DNA of 64,000 nt from an uncultured Chloroflexia bacterium (lineage in GTDB: Bacteria > Chloroflexota > Limnocylindria > Limnocylindrales > CSP1-4), in contig CAVVJT010000004.1 in NCBI GenBank assembly GCA_963748625.1, forward strand, positions 608,001 through 672,000, read 5' to 3'. Shown one piece after another: positions 18,851 to 30,916 of this stretch. Numbering within the stretch: the stretch's first letter is position 1; each line of letters starts with the position of its first letter. Made by a program: the position numbers and the translations under genes. Below the pieces are notes generated by a model. That model saw nothing but the letters and a program-made list of their open reading frames with translations, did not search any database and was not told the origin of the DNA.

Positions 18851-19855
18851 GTGGAAGGCATCACGCTCACGCTTATCGTCGTCGTCGCACTCGCAGTCTT
18901 CTTCGACTACGTCAACGGCTTCCACGACACGGCCAACGCGATCGCCACGTCGGTCGCCACCAAGGCGCTGCGTCCGCAGTACGCCATCCTGATGGCTGCC
19001 GCGTTCAACTTCATCGGCGCCTTCGCCGGCACGGCGGTCGCGAAGACCATTGGCTCCGGCCTCGTCAACGACGCCAGCACCACGCAGGCGATCGTGGCCG
19101 CCGCGCTGATCGGGGCGATCATCTGGAACCTCATCACCTGGCGCCTTGGTCTGCCGAGCTCCAGCAGCCACGCGCTGATCGGCGGCCTGCTCGGCGCGAC
19201 GATCGTCGGGGCGGGCTTCGACCAGCTCAACCTGCCGGGCATCTGGAGCAAGGTCATCGTCCCGCTGGTCACGTCGCCCATCATCGGCTTCACGATCGCG
19301 TTCGCACTGGTGATCCTGTTGTTCTGGACCTTCCGGCGTGTCCGGCGCCGACCGCTGGCGACCGGCTTCCGCAAGGCACAGGTGCTCTCGGCCGGCTTCA
19401 TGGCGTTCGCCCACGGCTCCAACGACGCCCAGAAGACGATGGGCATCATCACCCTGGCGCTGGTCGCCGCAGGCGTCCTCCCCAACGCCGACACCATCCC
19501 GTGGGAGGTCATCCTCATCTCCGCGACCGCGCTCAGCCTGGGTACAGCCGTCGGCGGCTGGCGGATCATGAAGACGATGGGGCACAAGGTCGTGGAGCTC
19601 GAGCCCATCCACGGGTTCGCCGCCGAGACGACGGCGGCCACCGTCATCTACACCGCCGCCCACTTCGGCATGCCGGTCTCGACAACGCACGTCATCTCCA
19701 GTGCGATCATGGGCGTCGGCTCGAGCAAGGGCGTGAAGGGCGTGCGCTGGGGCGTCGCCCGCAGCATCCTCGGGGCCTGGGTTCTGACGATCCCGGCGGC
19801 GATGTTCTTCGGGGCGGGCGCCTGGTACATCCTCAACGCCCTCGGCATCAAGTGA
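18851..19855 (+). CDS. pit: PiT-family inorganic phosphate transporter
   Basis: NGFHDTANAIAT, GLPSSSSHALIGG, AHGSNDAQKTMG, PVSTTH. Confidence 0.96.
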   Translation: MEGITLTLIVVVALAVFFDYVNGFHDTANAIATSVATKALRPQYAILMAAAFNFIGAFAGTAVAKTIGSGLVNDASTTQAIVAAALIGAIIWNLITWRLGLPSSSSHALIGGLLGATIVGAGFDQLNLPGIWSKVIVPLVTSPIIGFTIAFALVILLFWTFRRVRRRPLATGFRKAQVLSAGFMAFAHGSNDAQKTMGIITLALVAAGVLPNADTIPWEVILISATALSLGTAVGGWRIMKTMGHKVVELEPIHGFAAETTAATVIYTAAHFGMPVSTTHVISSAIMGVGSSKGVKGVRWGVARSILGAWVLTIPAAMFFGAGAWYILNALGIK

Positions 19856-19922
19856 CGCACTCCCGCGGCCACGGGCTGCGCCAGACCTCCACGTTCTGCA
19901 GGAACCAGCGAAGGGGACCACG

Positions 19923-20537
19923 ATGGTGCGACTGATGCCCAAGGACGAGAAGTTCCAGGAGCTCTTCGTCGACTACGCCAAGACCACGCTTGACGCAGCA
20001 CGCAAGCTCGAGGCCATGATCGTCACGTACGACCGGCTCGACGAGCGCGTCGCCGAGATCCGGGCGCTCGAGCACCACGGCGACGAGATCGACACCGAAG
20101 TCGAGATCCGCCTCGATCGCTCGTTCATCACCCCGTTCGACCGCGAGGACATCCACGAGCTGGTCTCGCGGATGGACGACGTGCTCGACCGGATCCAGGA
20201 GGTCGCCGAGACGTTCGTGATCTACGACGTCAAGGAGCCGACCGACGACGCGCGCCGCATGGCAGGCATCCTGTCCGCCCAGGCGGGCCAGCTGGACGAG
20301 GCCATCGGGAAGCTGGAGGGGCTCAAGGGCCTCGAGCCCAATCTCAAGGCCATCCACGACCTCGAGAACGAGGCGGATGGCCTGTCGCGCGCGGCCGTGG
20401 CACGGCTGTTCCGGGGAGGCCACGAGGCGATCGAGGTCATCAAGTGGCGTGACATCTACACCGCCATGGAGAACATGATCGACGCGGCCGAGGACGCGGC
20501 CGAGGTCATGGAGCGCATCGTCGCCAAGAACGCCTGA
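19923..20537 (+). CDS. DUF47 family PhoU-like PiT accessory protein
   Basis: LEHHGD, FITPFDREDI, LENEAD, IKWRDIY; adjacent to pit. Confidence 0.93.
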   Translation: MVRLMPKDEKFQELFVDYAKTTLDAARKLEAMIVTYDRLDERVAEIRALEHHGDEIDTEVEIRLDRSFITPFDREDIHELVSRMDDVLDRIQEVAETFVIYDVKEPTDDARRMAGILSAQAGQLDEAIGKLEGLKGLEPNLKAIHDLENEADGLSRAAVARLFRGGHEAIEVIKWRDIYTAMENMIDAAEDAAEVMERIVAKNA

Positions 20538-20600
20538 CGCCCGAACCAGGGTGACCGCTCTCGCGCGGTCGCCCGCGTCACAAACCGCCCCCGCCGTCCC

Positions 20601-21311
<711 letters not shown>

Positions 21312-21336
21312 GTGCCCGGGATCGTCAAGGGGCGCG

Positions 21337-21375
21337 GTTAACGACTCGTTCACGCCGTGTTCACGTCCTGTTCGC
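21337..21375 (-). promoter_or_regulatory. Four 11-bp-spaced PHO boxes upstream of phoP (autoregulation)
   Basis: + strand GTTAAC 21337, GTTCAC 21348, GTTCAC 21359, GTTCGC 21370. Confidence 0.8.
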
Positions 21376-21389
21376 CGTGTCCGAGCGCA

Positions 21390-22883
21390 TCAGACCGACG
21401 CCAGGCCCGCGATCGCCGTGTCGAGTCGCTCCAGGGTTCGGTCCCGCCCCAGCGCCACCAGGGTGTCGAAGAGGGGTGGCGTCGCAGTCTGGCCGGTGGT
21501 CGCCACCCGGATGGCCATGAACAGGTCACCGGCCTTCCAGCCGCGCTCCTCGACGAGGGCGCGCAGCGGCGGCTCCAGCTCGTCGGCCTCCCAGGTGACC
21601 TGGTCGTGGGCCACGAGGAGGGCGCGGGCGGCGGTCAGCGCGTCGCGCGTGGTGGCGCCATCCCAGCGCTTGGGGATGAGTGCGGCGGGGTCGACGGCGA
21701 GGTCGTCCTTCCACAGGAAGCCGACAACGTCGGGGAGCGCGGCGAGGGTGGGGATGCGCTCGCGGACCAGCGGCAGGATCGCGCGGAGCTCGCCCTCGGC
21801 GGGCTGGCGGTCGATCTGGCCGGCCACGAACGCGGCCTCGGTGAACGGCGTGAGGCGCTCGACGAGGTCCTGGTCGTCCAGGCGGCGGATCCACTGGCCG
21901 TTGAGCCACTCGAGGCGCTCGCGGTCGAAGCGGGCGCCGCCCTTCTGGACCTTGTCGAGCTCGAAGCGCTCAACGATCTGGTCGAGCGTGAGGACGTCCT
22001 CCTCGGTGCCGGGCGACCAGCCCAGGAAGCTGAAGTAGTTGACGAGCGCCTCGCGCAGGAAGCCCTGGGCGACGTAGTCCGCCACCGCGGTCTGGCTCTT
22101 GCGCTTGCTCATCTTGGTCCCGTCCGGGTTGAGGATGAGCGGCAGGTGGCCGAAGACGGGCAGCGGATAGCCCAGCGCCTCGAACAGCAGGATGTGCTTG
22201 GGCGTGTTGCTGACGTGGTCCTCGCCGCGGATGACGTGGCTGATGCGCATCGCCATGTCGTCCACCACCACGGTGAAGTGGTAGAGCGGGTTGCCGTCGC
22301 CGCGGACGATGGCGAAGTCGCCACCCAGGTTGGCGGTGTCGATCTCGACGCGGTCGCGGACCATGTCATTCCAGCCCACCACGCCGGGCCGCACGCGGAA
22401 GCGGATGGCGCCCCGTCGGCCTTCCTCCTCGCGGGTCTGGCGCTCCGCCGGGGTCAGGTTCGCGCACCGGCCGACGTAGGCGACGGAGGCCTTCGCCTGC
22501 TCCTGGGCCTTGCGGTCCGCATCGAGCTCCTCCGGCGTGCAGTAGCAGCGGTAGGCCTTGTCCTCCTCGAGGAGTTGCGCGGCGGCCTTCGCGTACTCGT
22601 CGAGGCGGGCCATCTGGCGGTAGGGCGCGTACGGGCCGGACTCCTCCTCACCGCGGACACCCGGGCCCTCGTCCCAGGTGATGCCCAGCCAGTGGAGCCC
22701 CTCGAGGATGTCCTTCTCGAAGGCGGCCGTGCTGCGGGCGACGTCGGTGTCCTCGAGGCGGAGGATGAACGTGCCGCCCGTGTGACGGGCGAACAGGTAG
22801 TTGAACAACGCCGTGCGGGCGGTGCCGATGTGCAGAGGGCCGGTGGGGCTGGGCGCGATGCGCACGCGGATGTCGGAGGGCAT
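21390..22883 (-). CDS. gltX: Glutamate--tRNA ligase
   Basis: RIAPSPTGPLHIGT, LRLEDTD, HVIRGEDH, KMSKRK. Confidence 0.98.
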   Translation of the reverse strand: MPSDIRVRIAPSPTGPLHIGTARTALFNYLFARHTGGTFILRLEDTDVARSTAAFEKDILEGLHWLGITWDEGPGVRGEEESGPYAPYRQMARLDEYAKAAAQLLEEDKAYRCYCTPEELDADRKAQEQAKASVAYVGRCANLTPAERQTREEEGRRGAIRFRVRPGVVGWNDMVRDRVEIDTANLGGDFAIVRGDGNPLYHFTVVVDDMAMRISHVIRGEDHVSNTPKHILLFEALGYPLPVFGHLPLILNPDGTKMSKRKSQTAVADYVAQGFLREALVNYFSFLGWSPGTEEDVLTLDQIVERFELDKVQKGGARFDRERLEWLNGQWIRRLDDQDLVERLTPFTEAAFVAGQIDRQPAEGELRAILPLVRERIPTLAALPDVVGFLWKDDLAVDPAALIPKRWDGATTRDALTAARALLVAHDQVTWEADELEPPLRALVEERGWKAGDLFMAIRVATTGQTATPPLFDTLVALGRDRTLERLDTAIAGLASV

Positions 22884-22927
22884 GGTGCGATTGTAGTTGG
22901 CGGCGGCGGCGGGTCCGCGCGCGATGA

Positions 22928-23659
22928 CTACACCCCGAGCGGGGCTGGCACCTTGTGGAACAGCGACGGGTCGGCCTCGCCCGGGAGGACGCGGATCAGC
23001 GATGCCGGACGCAGGCCCAAGGTCGCCCGGCCCCGCGGCCCGTCGAGGGTCAGCGAGTCCAGCGACTCGCTCCGCGCCAGCACGGTGAGGTGGGCGCCCG
23101 GCGTGAGCGCGCGCGCCTCGAGGTAGGAGAGCAGGCCGGCGTCCTCCTCGGCCTCCTCGGTGATCCGCAGGACCGTGGCCTTGGTCCCCGACTCCAGCTC
23201 CGAGAGCGGCGTCCCACCGGGCCGGCTGCGGGCGGTCTCCTGATCGATGGGGTTGCCGTGCGGACACGTGGCCGGGTGGCCGAGCAGCTCGTCGAGCTTG
23301 GCCTCGACCCGCGGCGACAGCGCGCCCTGCAGGCGGGCGGCCTCCACGTCGCTCTCGGCCCAGGACAGGCCGACCACGGAGGTCAGGAGCCACTCGAGCA
23401 GCGCATGGCGTTTGAAGATGGCATCGGCCACGGCAAGCCCCGCATCGGTCATCACCAGGCCGCGGCCCGTGGATGGCTCGAGCAGCCCGTCCGCGGCAAG
23501 GCGGCGGCACATCTCGGAGGCCGCCTGCGCCGACACGCCGACGTGGCGCGCGACCTGGGCGGAGGTCGCGGTCCGGCCGTCGCTGGCGATCACGCGCAGG
23601 GCGAGCAGGTACTCCTGCGCGGCCGCGGAGACATCAGCGGGATCACTGCGTCGTTGCAT
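22928..23659 (-). CDS. DtxR/MntR/IdeR-family metal-dependent regulator with FeoA domain
   Basis: QEYLL, HTH, KRHALLE, PATCPHGNPI, C-terminal FeoA-like region. Confidence 0.92.
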   Translation of the reverse strand: MQRRSDPADVSAAAQEYLLALRVIASDGRTATSAQVARHVGVSAQAASEMCRRLAADGLLEPSTGRGLVMTDAGLAVADAIFKRHALLEWLLTSVVGLSWAESDVEAARLQGALSPRVEAKLDELLGHPATCPHGNPIDQETARSRPGGTPLSELESGTKATVLRITEEAEEDAGLLSYLEARALTPGAHLTVLARSESLDSLTLDGPRGRATLGLRPASLIRVLPGEADPSLFHKVPAPLGV

Positions 23660-23668
23660 ACCCCCAGT

Positions 23669-24880
23669 CTAGGCGTCGGGCGCACTCGTCTCACGGCGTC
23701 CGTACAACCTGGCGGCGCCGATGACGAGCGCGAAGCAGTAGAGCACCACGCCCAGCGTGCCGCCGGCGCGGGCCAACGAGCCCGGGATGTCGCCGTTCGC
23801 GGTCGCCGCAACCACGCCCGAGAGCAACGAGGCACTGCCGGCCACGAGCACCGCGAAGGCGCCCAGGGCGGTCATGACCGGGATGGCGGCCAGGACGAGC
23901 GCTGCCACCGGCCACGCCAGGAGCGCGAGGGCGGGCACGAGCGGCGGGCAACCGCCCGCGGAGCAGCCTGCAAGCCCTCCGAAGATCGCGCCTGCGACGA
24001 GCGGCACCGGGGCGGCGGCGAGGGCCGCGAGCCACATGCGACCCCATGGATCACGCTCCGCTCGGGCGAGGAGGCGTTCAGGGAGGAATGCGCCGAGGAA
24101 GCCATCGTGGCCGGCCGATGCCACGGCCGCGCCGCCCGTTGGGGCGCCAGGTCCGTGGGGGGTCGAAGCGCCCGACCCCGAAGTCGTGTCAGGGCCCGGT
24201 CCGTCAGCGGCCTGCGTGTCGGCTGCGTCTGCTGGGTGCGTGCCCGGCGGGCGGGCGGGCGCCCGGAACCCGGCGGCACGCCATGCCCGTCGGCGGTACT
24301 CGGGGCCGTGCTTGCGCGGATCGGCGTACTCGCGCGGGTTGAGCGTCCAGTAGGTGCCCGACGAGGCGCCGTACCACGTGCCGCCCTCCCAGGCCGGGTC
24401 GAGCGGGGTCTCGCCGGCCTCGTCGTACGTGGTGGAGCCGGGGGTCGCCGTGCGCCGGTGGCGGCGATGGCGGTGCTCGGCCGGCCCCTCCCGGCGCTCC
24501 TGCCCCTGGCTGCCGGACCCGGCGCCGGCTGACGGGTCCGTCCGGCCCGGAGGCGGGTCCCCCGAGCCTGGGGCGCCAGGCCGCGCCCGCGCCCGCCACG
24601 CGTCGCGCGAGGCGCGAGCACGAGCGGCATCCGCACGCCACGGCTCCGGCGCCTGGCGGGGTCCTGCAGAACCAGTGGGGCCTTTGCGGCGCAGGTTCCC
24701 GTTCGCGTCCACCAGGACCTCGTACGCCGCCTGGATCGCCAGAAAGCGGGCCAGCGTTCGATCGCCCGCGGCGTCGGGGTGGTAGCGCTTGGCGAGGCGC
24801 CGGTACGCCGAGCGGATCTCGTTCACCGAGGCGCCGGGCGCGAGGCCGAGGGTCCGGTACGGATCCCCTCCTGTCGTCAT
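23669..24880 (-). CDS. J-domain protein with C-terminal transmembrane helices
   Basis: DPYRTLGL...KRYHPD...IQAAYEVL; about 4 hydrophobic C-terminal segments. Confidence 0.85.
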   Translation of the reverse strand: MTTGGDPYRTLGLAPGASVNEIRSAYRRLAKRYHPDAAGDRTLARFLAIQAAYEVLVDANGNLRRKGPTGSAGPRQAPEPWRADAARARASRDAWRARARPGAPGSGDPPPGRTDPSAGAGSGSQGQERREGPAEHRHRRHRRTATPGSTTYDEAGETPLDPAWEGGTWYGASSGTYWTLNPREYADPRKHGPEYRRRAWRAAGFRAPARPPGTHPADAADTQAADGPGPDTTSGSGASTPHGPGAPTGGAAVASAGHDGFLGAFLPERLLARAERDPWGRMWLAALAAAPVPLVAGAIFGGLAGCSAGGCPPLVPALALLAWPVAALVLAAIPVMTALGAFAVLVAGSASLLSGVVAATANGDIPGSLARAGGTLGVVLYCFALVIGAARLYGRRETSAPDA

Positions 24881-24916
24881 CGAGCGCCTCCGTGTGGCCG
24901 GGGCGCCCGCCCCGGA

Positions 24917-26035
24917 TCAGCCGATGAGCTCGCCCACCGGGGCAAGCTCGAAGCCCGCGACCGCCTCGGCCACGACGCTCCCGCGCGGGTCGAAGCTGGG
25001 CGGGCGGTGGTACCGCGCCAGCATCCGCAGGGCCTGGCCCTCCAGGATGCCCACCTGGGCGAGCGCCTCGACGGACGCCGCCCAGCCTGCACGCTCGTAT
25101 CCTCCCCCATCTTCGATCTTCACGGCCAGACCGGATGCCCGCGACCCCGCACCGCGGGCGCCGGGCAGGATGCCGATCGCCTGGAGCGCCTCGGCGCCAC
25201 CCTTCGCAACCAGCTGCCCGGGGGCCGCCTTCATGAGCGAGGTGTCGAGCCGGTCCCGCGTCCCGGCCACCATCTCGGGATGCGCCACCATCGCGTCGCG
25301 GATGACGCGGACGTGGCGGGAGACCGGGGCCCGCGGGTCCGTGGACGCCACGGCTTCTGGGTCCGCGAGGAACGCGTAGGACCGGGCGATCTCGCGCAGC
25401 GGGAACGCGAACGCGAACACCCCGCAGGCATCGATCGAGGTCACCAGGGCACCGGGCTCCACGGCGAAGCAGTCGGCCACTGCCTCCACGTAGGCCACGT
25501 GCGCCGGGTGCTCCTCCTGCCAGTATGTCTCGTACTCCCAGCCACCCAGCTTCGCGAGCAGCAGGAACGACGTGTGCTGGCCGGAACACATCTGGCGCAG
25601 CGCGCCCGCCCGCTCTCCGTCGCGGGCAAGACGGGCGGCGGTGAGAGCGTCGAGCGGCGCACCCTCGGTCCCACAGGCGAGGGCGGCCTGGGGGATGCCG
25701 GCCCGCCGGTACAACGCCATCAACGTCCGGACGTGGAGGTCCTCGCCGGAGTGGCTCGACGCCATCAGCGCCAGCTCCTCACCGGTGAGGTCGAACTCCT
25801 TCTGGCCACCGGCACGGAGCAGCGCCACCAGGCCGAAGGGCTTCACCGCGGAACGAAGGCTCACGACCCGCTCGGACTCGCCGGCCACGTGAAGGACGCG
25901 CCCGGAGACATCGGCTTCCACCACGTCACCGCGGTGGACGGACTCGACCAGGCCGTTGCGGATCTGCCGCACCAGGACCGGCGGGACGGTCCATTTCGCC
26001 GCTTGTCCCGCTCGGGACGAAGCCCTCGTAGCCAT
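24917..26035 (-). CDS. L-asparaginase II family protein
   Basis: [41 protein letters not shown]. Confidence 0.9.
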   Translation of the reverse strand: MATRASSRAGQAAKWTVPPVLVRQIRNGLVESVHRGDVVEADVSGRVLHVAGESERVVSLRSAVKPFGLVALLRAGGQKEFDLTGEELALMASSHSGEDLHVRTLMALYRRAGIPQAALACGTEGAPLDALTAARLARDGERAGALRQMCSGQHTSFLLLAKLGGWEYETYWQEEHPAHVAYVEAVADCFAVEPGALVTSIDACGVFAFAFPLREIARSYAFLADPEAVASTDPRAPVSRHVRVIRDAMVAHPEMVAGTRDRLDTSLMKAAPGQLVAKGGAEALQAIGILPGARGAGSRASGLAVKIEDGGGYERAGWAASVEALAQVGILEGQALRMLARYHRPPSFDPRGSVVAEAVAGFELAPVGELIG

Positions 26036-26068
26036 GGCGCGAGGATAGCGCGCGCCCCGGCCGGGATT

Positions 26069-26111
26069 CCGGCGATGTCTCCGGCGTCCGGCGATGTCTC
26101 CGGCGTCCGGC
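26069..26111. repeat. 19-bp tandem duplication in the asparaginase/upp intergenic region
   Basis: ccggcgatgtctccggcgt x2 plus a partial copy. Confidence 0.7.
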
Positions 26112-26203
26112 CCTCACCCGATGGCCTCAGGCGCGCTAGGATTCCCTCCCGACCGAGACGCGCGCGCACCGCCCGCCCCATGATCGAGATCGCGAGGGAC
26201 CCC

Positions 26204-26848
26204 GTGACCAGCTGGCCGAACCTCCACGTGTCGCAGCACCCGGCGGTCCGCCACAAGCTGGGCATCCTGCGTGACGAGACCACCGAGCCCAAGAAGTTCC
26301 GCGAGGTCGTCCGCGAGCTGTCCTGGCTCCTGGGCTACGAGGCCCTTGCGGATGCCCACACGCGGCCCATCGACGTCCCGACGCCCATCGAGGTCATGCG
26401 GGGTGAGGAGCTGGCGGACCGCATCGGCTTCATCCCGATCCTGCGCGCCGGCCTGGGCATGGTTGACGCGTTCCTGGAGCTGATGCCCACCGCGGAGGTC
26501 TGGCACCTGGGTCTCTTCCGGGACGAGAAGACCCTGCGCCCGGTGGAGTACTACAACAAGCTCCCGAACACCAGCGCCATCGACCTGTGCCTGATCCTGG
26601 ACCCGATGCTCGCCACCGGCGGCTCGGCCACCGCGGCCATCGAGGTCCTCAAGCGCTGGGGTGCCGTCCGCATCAAGCTCGTGAACCTGATCGCGGCTCC
26701 CGAGGGCGTGGACGCCGTGCTCAAGGCGCACCCGGACGTGGAGATCTACACGGCCGCCCTGGACCGCCAGCTCAACGAGAAGGGCTACATCATGCCCGGC
26801 CTGGGCGACGCGGGCGACCGCCAGTTCGGAACGGGCGGCGCAGGCTGA
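26204..26848 (+). CDS. upp: Uracil phosphoribosyltransferase
   Basis: [44 protein letters not shown]. Confidence 0.98.
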   Translation: MTSWPNLHVSQHPAVRHKLGILRDETTEPKKFREVVRELSWLLGYEALADAHTRPIDVPTPIEVMRGEELADRIGFIPILRAGLGMVDAFLELMPTAEVWHLGLFRDEKTLRPVEYYNKLPNTSAIDLCLILDPMLATGGSATAAIEVLKRWGAVRIKLVNLIAAPEGVDAVLKAHPDVEIYTAALDRQLNEKGYIMPGLGDAGDRQFGTGGAG

Positions 26849-27122
26849 CCGAGGCGGACCCGATCTCGTGTTCCAGGTTCAAGGAGCACCGGCCGTCGGT
26901 GTGCCGTGTAACGGTGGTGCGAGGCTGACGCCTGGTGTTGCGGGCGTGCCCGACCTGCCGTGGCATCTCGTGCTGCGACGGTCTGCCGATGGAACCGTGG
27001 TGTTGGACGAGGAGGTCACCGAGCTGCCGCGCTGGTTCGTGCAGATCGGTGACGAGGTCATCGGCGGGACGCTCAACCGCTTGCCCGTTGAGGGTCCCGC
27101 TTGGCCGGCCTGCTTCGGCTGA
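26847..27122 (+). pseudogene. Possible 5'-truncated gene remnant
   Basis: Protein-like frame [24 protein letters not shown]...PWHLVLRR...PACFG without a clear start or RBS. Confidence 0.35.
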
Positions 27123-27198
27123 GGCACCTGCGCTTGCTCTCTGCGTGGCTTCCGGCGGCGCGCTTGCGCGGCTGCTCGACATGGCGCACCTTGACACC

Positions 27199-28548
27199 AT
27201 GACCACGGAGCCACCGCGCGCGCCGAGCGGACCCCCCAGGGAGCCCCCGGCGCCGCCACCGCACCCCGCAGCACCGCCCCCCTCGCCTCCCGAGGCGGCT
27301 CACGGCTGGTACACCGAGCCGCTCGAGACGAGGGAGGTCCGCAAGGCCCGCGAACGGGCGGACCGGGCGTCCCGACGGGCCGACCGGGCATCCCGCCGTG
27401 TCCGCGAGGCGGAGGCGCGCGCCAGTGGCCAGCGGACGGGAGCAAACCAGCTGCTCGATGTGATGGGCGACGCTGCGACGGCAGCCCTGACCGCCGTATC
27501 GGCAGCGGCCGACGAGGCGAATGCGAGGCTCGCGGCGAAGGCCCGGATGCGGGAGCTCGAGCACGCGGTCGCCACCGTGCGGGCGGGCGGGCATGTGGAC
27601 GTGTCGCCGCCCACCCGCGAGGAGGCGCTGAAGCTCGCCGATCGGGTGGATCCCGGATCGGCTGCAGCAACGTTCGTGCGCGGCCTCGGGTTCCTCCTTG
27701 CCGGCATCGCGGCATTCGTGATGATGCTGGTCGGCGGCTTCGGCTGGTTCGGCCTCGTGGTGCCGATCGCGATCATCGTCACCGGCGGCTCGCTTGGGAA
27801 CCGGATCGCGATTGCAGACCGTGGCCGCAAGGCCGGCCGGATCCAGTTCGAGCTCACGAGCGCCCGCCTCGCCGGGGCAGGGCTCGCCGCAGGCCCGGCG
27901 ACCGGGCAGCTGGGCCCGGGCATCCGGCCGGCCGGCGCCCGCCCGGGACAATCACTCGCGGCGGACCCGGTCACGCCACGACCGACGCTGACCGAGGCCG
28001 GCGACCCGCGGACCCGCTCGGAGATCCTGGCCAGGCTCGATCGCCTCATTGCGAACATTCGCGGGCTCATGACGGACAGCGACGTGGCCACGCTCGAGCG
28101 CATCCGCGGCAACGCGGCGCGCGCCCTGCCCGCGACCGACGCGCCCCTCGACCTGGCCGACCACGAGATGTGGCTGCTGCGCCAGACGTGCATCGACTAC
28201 CTGCCGGGCGCCCTCGAGCACTACCTCTCGCTGCCGTCCGACCGCGCCTCGGAGCCGGTGCTCGACGGGCGGTCGGCCCGGCAGGTGCTTGACGAGCAGC
28301 TGGCGCTGATCGAGCGCCGGCTCGACCAGATGGCAACCCGGGCCTACCAGCGACAGGCGGGCGGCCTGCTCACCCACGCGCGGTTCGTTGCCGAGGTCCT
28401 ACGCCCCGACCCGTTCCAAGCGCGCCTGGCGGCGCTCGCCACCACGGTGCCGGTCCCGGAGGTGGACGCCGGCACGGCATCGGTTCACGCTTCCGAAGCG
28501 TCGACGACAATGGACCAGGCTGCCAGCGGGACACGCGAGCATGCCTGA
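27199..28548 (+). CDS. XpaC-like membrane protein, partner of TelA
   Basis: Two central TMs; LRQTCIDYLPGALEHYLSLP...LDEQL motif; overlaps the telA start region. Confidence 0.7.
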   Translation: MTTEPPRAPSGPPREPPAPPPHPAAPPPSPPEAAHGWYTEPLETREVRKARERADRASRRADRASRRVREAEARASGQRTGANQLLDVMGDAATAALTAVSAAADEANARLAAKARMRELEHAVATVRAGGHVDVSPPTREEALKLADRVDPGSAAATFVRGLGFLLAGIAAFVMMLVGGFGWFGLVVPIAIIVTGGSLGNRIAIADRGRKAGRIQFELTSARLAGAGLAAGPATGQLGPGIRPAGARPGQSLAADPVTPRPTLTEAGDPRTRSEILARLDRLIANIRGLMTDSDVATLERIRGNAARALPATDAPLDLADHEMWLLRQTCIDYLPGALEHYLSLPSDRASEPVLDGRSARQVLDEQLALIERRLDQMATRAYQRQAGGLLTHARFVAEVLRPDPFQARLAALATTVPVPEVDAGTASVHASEASTTMDQAASGTREHA

Positions 28549-28573
28549 TCCGAGCGCACAGCAGGAGCCAGTG

Positions 28574-29845
<1,272 letters not shown>

Positions 29846-29945
29846 GCCGGCCGAGACGGCCAGCCGACAGCGTGCATCCACACGACGTTGAACTCCGCGA
29901 GCGCCTGCCGCCGTCATCGCCCGGGGCGCCCGCTCGTCAACAGAA

Positions 29946-29977
29946 GAAACCCCGTCGGCCGGGGCCAACGGGGTTTC
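29946..29977 (-). terminator. Rho-independent terminator, likely for the SHOCT gene and possibly bidirectional
   Basis: gaaaccccg...cggggtttc stem followed by TTCTGTT on the minus strand. Confidence 0.75.
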
Positions 29978-29998
29978 GTGCGGGATCGTGATCGAGGG

Positions 29999-30331
29999 CT
30001 AGAGGCCGAGGGCCTTCGCCTTGGCGGAAGCGAACTCCTCGTCGGTCAGCATGCCGGCGGCGTGCAGGCTGGCGAGGTTGGAGATCTGCGCCATCACCGG
30101 ATCGACCGGGGCGGCTGCGGGGGCCGCTGCCTCCGCGGGCGCCGGGGCGGCAGCAGCCTGCTGGGCCTGCAGGGCCGCGATCTCGGCCTGCTGGTCGGCG
30201 AGCTGCTGGTTCTGGGCGGCGTTGGCCTGCTGGGCCTGCGCGCTCTTGTTCGCGCTTGAGGCGCCAACGTGTGCCGCGGTGCCGACCACGGCAGCGGTCA
30301 TGAGGAGGCCGGGGCCCCGTCGTCGTCGCAT
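29999..30331 (-). CDS. SHOCT domain protein
   Basis: RRRGPGLL..AAVVGTA N-terminus; LASLHAAGMLTDEEFASAKAKAL SHOCT motif. Confidence 0.9.
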   Translation of the reverse strand: MRRRRGPGLLMTAAVVGTAAHVGASSANKSAQAQQANAAQNQQLADQQAEIAALQAQQAAAAPAPAEAAAPAAAPVDPVMAQISNLASLHAAGMLTDEEFASAKAKALGL

Positions 30332-30365
30332 GGGAGGTGGTTCCCTTCTGTCCTGTGGGGACGGG

Positions 30366-30803
30366 CTAGGCGGAGAGGAGGCCGGACTCGAGCTCGGCGT
30401 TGAGCATCTCGAGCGACTCCGGGCGGATGGTCGAGCGCTCGACCAGGAACCCGCCGGCGCTGGTGATCGCGTCCTTGATGCGGACGGCCCAGCGGTGCTC
30501 GAACATGATCACCAGCGCGGAGGTGTTCGGCGCGAGGCCGACGCCGATCGCCTGGATGTCCTCCTCGGTGAGGAGGCCGTTCAAGCCCTCGAGCATGGGC
30601 GCGAAGCCCGCGAACCGGGGGTCCTCCTTGTTGTCGACCTCCAGGACGGTGCACTCGCCGATCTCGTCCTTGCCGATGAAGACGAGGTCCACCAGGGCGA
30701 TCGTTCCCGACTCCACGACTCGCGCGATCTCGTCAGCGATCGAGCCGTTGAAGCGATTGCCCTCGAATCCGATGACGGTGTACTCGAGCGGTCCCAAGAC
30801 CAT
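30366..30803 (-). CDS. DUF6325 (DUF1269-like) family protein
   Basis: LGPLEYTVIGFEGNRFNG, IALVDLVFI, SALVIMFEHRWA. Confidence 0.85.
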   Translation of the reverse strand: MVLGPLEYTVIGFEGNRFNGSIADEIARVVESGTIALVDLVFIGKDEIGECTVLEVDNKEDPRFAGFAPMLEGLNGLLTEEDIQAIGVGLAPNTSALVIMFEHRWAVRIKDAITSAGGFLVERSTIRPESLEMLNAELESGLLSA

Positions 30804-30916
30804 CGATGCCTCCAGACAGACGCCGGACGCAGCGGTGCGTCCAACAGGGGGCGAGGGTCGACGAAGGCCTGTCTTGCGGACGCCGGGCTCGCGGGGTGAG
30901 TTTACGCCCTGTCCGG

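Noticed and set aside
24779-26203. Long N-terminal extensions of upp, gltX, mmdB, crtI, galE and hydA in the ORF track
   Set aside because: They overlap other genes or repeats; family homology starts at the downstream start codons chosen.
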